Assembly: GCF_044704955.1 (NCBI RefSeq)
Contig: NC_091985.1
Span: 207,204,001 to 207,268,000 of the forward strand
Length of the DNA stretch: 64,000 nt
From: Pristiophorus japonicus
Taxonomy: Eukaryota
Direction of reading: 5' to 3'
Below are positions 61,100-64,000 of this stretch, in pieces (position 1 is the first letter of the stretch; each line of letters starts with the position of its first letter). The position numbers were made by a program, and so were the translations under genes. The notes under the pieces are model-generated. The model worked only from the letters and a program-made list of their open reading frames with translations, searched no databases and had not been told where the DNA came from.

Positions 61100-62190
61100 T
61101 GACAGATACAGAGTGAATCCCACACTCACTCACTGTACCACAGACTGACAGATACAGAATGAATCCCACACTCACTGCATCACTGACAGATATGGTTTAT
61201 GTAATGTACTAATAGCTCGTCTCTACTCCAAATATTTCTGAATCGCATTCGTCCAATATAATGTGCAAAACTATTGTCTGTTGGGGTCATCTCTGATCTG
61301 TAAATTTCACAAATATAGGATAAAACCCACTCTCTCATACCAGAAAATGACAGGTACAGAATAAATCCCACACTCTCATACCAGAAACTAACAGGTACAG
61401 AGGAACCACACACTCGCTTACCCCAGAATGAGAGATCTAGAATGAATCCCACATTCACATTGCACAAACTGACATATAAAGGTAAAAATCCACACTCAGA
61501 TACCAGAAACTGACACCCCACACATCTACTACAAACTGACGGTACAGAAAAAAAAACACAATCACATCCCAGAAACTGACAGGTACATATTCATTCCTAC
61601 ACTCACACAGCAGGAACTGACAAGTACAGAATAAAACCCACATTCACAAAGCAGAAACTGACAGGTACAGAATACAATCAACACCCAGATTCCAGAAACT
61701 GACAGGTATAGAATGCAATCCACTCTTAGATACCAGAAAGTGACTGGTACAGATTAAAACCACAGTCACATATCAGAAACTGACAGGTACCGATTCAACC
61801 CCATACTCCCATACCGGAATCTGATAGGTACAGAATAAAATCCACACTCCGATCCGAAAAACTGACATACTGGTCAATATCCACTCACATACCAGAAGCT
61901 GATGATATAGGTTAAAGTACACACTCACATAACAGAAACTGACAGGTATATGATAAAACACACACTCACATAACAGAAACTGACAGGTACAGATAAAGAT
62001 TCGCTTAGATACCAGAAACTGACAGATACAGAATAAAACCTACACTCACATCAAAACTTGACAGGTACAGAATAAATCCCACATTCACATAGCAGAAACT
62101 GACAGGTACAGTATGAAACCCACACCCACGTATCTGAGCAATAATATGCAAGTAAAACCCATACTCGCCTATTGGAAACTGACCGGGAAA
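61100..62190 (-). repeat. ~43-bp satellite array in reverse orientation
   Basis: CACACTCACATACCAGAAACTGACAGGTACAGA units, the reverse complement of the 20545-23910 array. Confidence 0.9.
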
Positions 62191-62349
62191 CATACACACA
62201 CCAGCGACTGATGGAACGAGTAGAACAGTTTAGGCACCCTTTCTCCAGTGTCAGGCTCACACAATCGTTTTTTTCAATGTGGCCCATTTAATTAGTGATA
62301 AAAGCAACTTGTGAAACAATCCCATTTTTGCTAATTTAATTTGTGACAA

Positions 62350-63700
62350 AAAGATGGTCTGAGCATGTGCTAAATACATGCTGCTCCTCCCCTCCACACA
62401 CAGTGTTTAAACTGACAGGAAGGGCCCATGCGAACTCCCCTCCTCCAGCTCTGTCAGCGGCTGCCGTTTCCTCTGTGCCGGGCTGATGATCGTTGAACAC
62501 ATCAGGGAGCGGAGATATCCCAGGTCCAAGTAAGGGAGCAAACAGCAGCCACCTTACAGCAGCTCATCACATTGGGACTGTGTCCGCAGATGGGCTTTGA
62601 GTCGGGGTAAATTCAGCGGCAGTCGGGGGCTGTCTGTAAGAGGCAGAGTGGAGGAGGAACTAGTTTTGGAGCATGGAGTGAGTGGGGGAAGGAGGAGCCC
62701 ATTCTCGGGCTGTGTGTGTATGGTGCAAGGTAACAGAGAAAGTAAATCACCTCGCTCTTTCAAATCAGTGCTGCTTTCTTTCCCCAAATCAGTAGTGAAT
62801 GTTCCTGATTCAGTTCCAATCTCACCGTGTCTGTTGTTCTTGGACATTGAACAGTGGAAACACAGCCTGAGAGTGAGGATGTGAGGAGTGTCACAAAGTG
62901 CATCTATTGCAGGCACCAGAAGAGGAATGTGATTGGAGTCATTTCAAAAATGGGTTATTTTGTTTTGGTGCATTGAATTCTTCAGAACCATGTTGCTGGT
63001 GATCGAGCGATACATTGTCGCCCCCTCAGATACATCAGCATCTGGTAACTGTGACATTCTGTTAATGACACAGGCCATTAACTCTGTTTCAATAGACTGA
63101 GAACAATTGTTGTACAGGTACCTGTGGTTATATTCCAGGAAGCAATTCAGAATTTTACAGGTAGTCCCATGGAAGCGGGAGATATCAACCTGAACTGTGC
63201 CAATCGGGTGGTCCCATTCATGGACCAGTACTGGGTTTGGGTTGTGTCTGGATGCTGATAACTTACTATAGAACCATCCTATACAAAGTCCCTTACTCAC
63301 CTGAGTGCTGCTGTACTGCAGTGAGATCAGACAAGGACACTGTTTGTATCGCAGATTCCTCTCTCCAGATACTTTACTTTATTGAACACAAACACATGAA
63401 TTATAACTTTATTTTTATATTCTCTCCATTGGCTGTCCATATCATAACTAATAGTGTTTTCCTATTATTATTCTCAGAGCAAAATACTTCACCAAGCCAG
63501 AATAAATTTGATCTTTCCTCAACCCAGAACACAAGGAACAGTGCAGGCAGCTCCTTCTCGCACACAGTAAGTACATTATCACTCTCAGAATGCAGAGACA
63601 CAGAACTGACCTCAATCCTATTGTCACAGGCAGCAGAAGCTGTCAGTCCCACAGTGATCCAAATTTCCAGAGTTATATTATGAATCCCACAGTCACTTGG
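62350..63700 (+). repeat. Unclassified repeated module, uninterrupted copy 3
   Basis: 62390-63330 matches 33040-33920; 63331-63700 matches the reverse complement of 23940-24325. Confidence 0.8.
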
Positions 63701-64000
63701 AGCAGTACAATAATGTGTTGTTTCAAAGTCCAATCATATCGCATTGAAAGGCAGATCCAATTTCACACCCTTACTCACACACACGAACGGATAGACACTG
63801 GCACGGTGTCAGTTCACACTCGTGTCTGTACAATGACTCTCAAACCCAACAGCTAACATACAAGAGCAGAGAAATGGAGGTAATGGACTGAACCAAACCT
63901 CCTCCTGAGACAGTCATCGATAATCGCAAACTATCATCCACCTACAGCAGGTGGAGAAGGAACCAAATCCAACAGTCACACAGAGCAAGAATAGCTCAGT

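Overview
Vertebrate genomic DNA, not prokaryotic. The repeat content (abundant CR1 LINEs with SGNH-esterase ORF1, Deu-domain SINE pieces, RTE and Tx1-type LINEs, a KRAB-less C2H2 gene) points to a cartilaginous fish; that is an inference. Positions 1.3-33 kb hold a decaying replication-dependent histone cluster. Intact genes: H1(+), H4(+) and two H2B(-), plus one divergent H2A(-). Pseudogenes: H3 (start codon lost), H2A (frameshift), three H4 copies and a 3' H2B fragment. An H2A-H2B-H4 block recurs in about three diverged tandem copies. The rest is nested retroelements (Gypsy LTR 5' end, a 6.4-kb Tx1-like LINE, many CR1, RTE and L2 pieces, a TIR element), three tandem-repeat families, an 8-finger C2H2 ZNF gene and a thrice-repeated promoter-like module. 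Most notable: a ~140-bp direct repeat flanking the Tx1-like element, which also has twin 3' hairpins and no poly(A) tail; exactly spaced CDE/CHR motifs upstream of H3 and H2A; two short CR1 copies sharing a non-CR1 5' leader; and a reconstructable CR1-associated inversion. I found no clearly new protein-coding system. All coordinates and alignments were read by eye.
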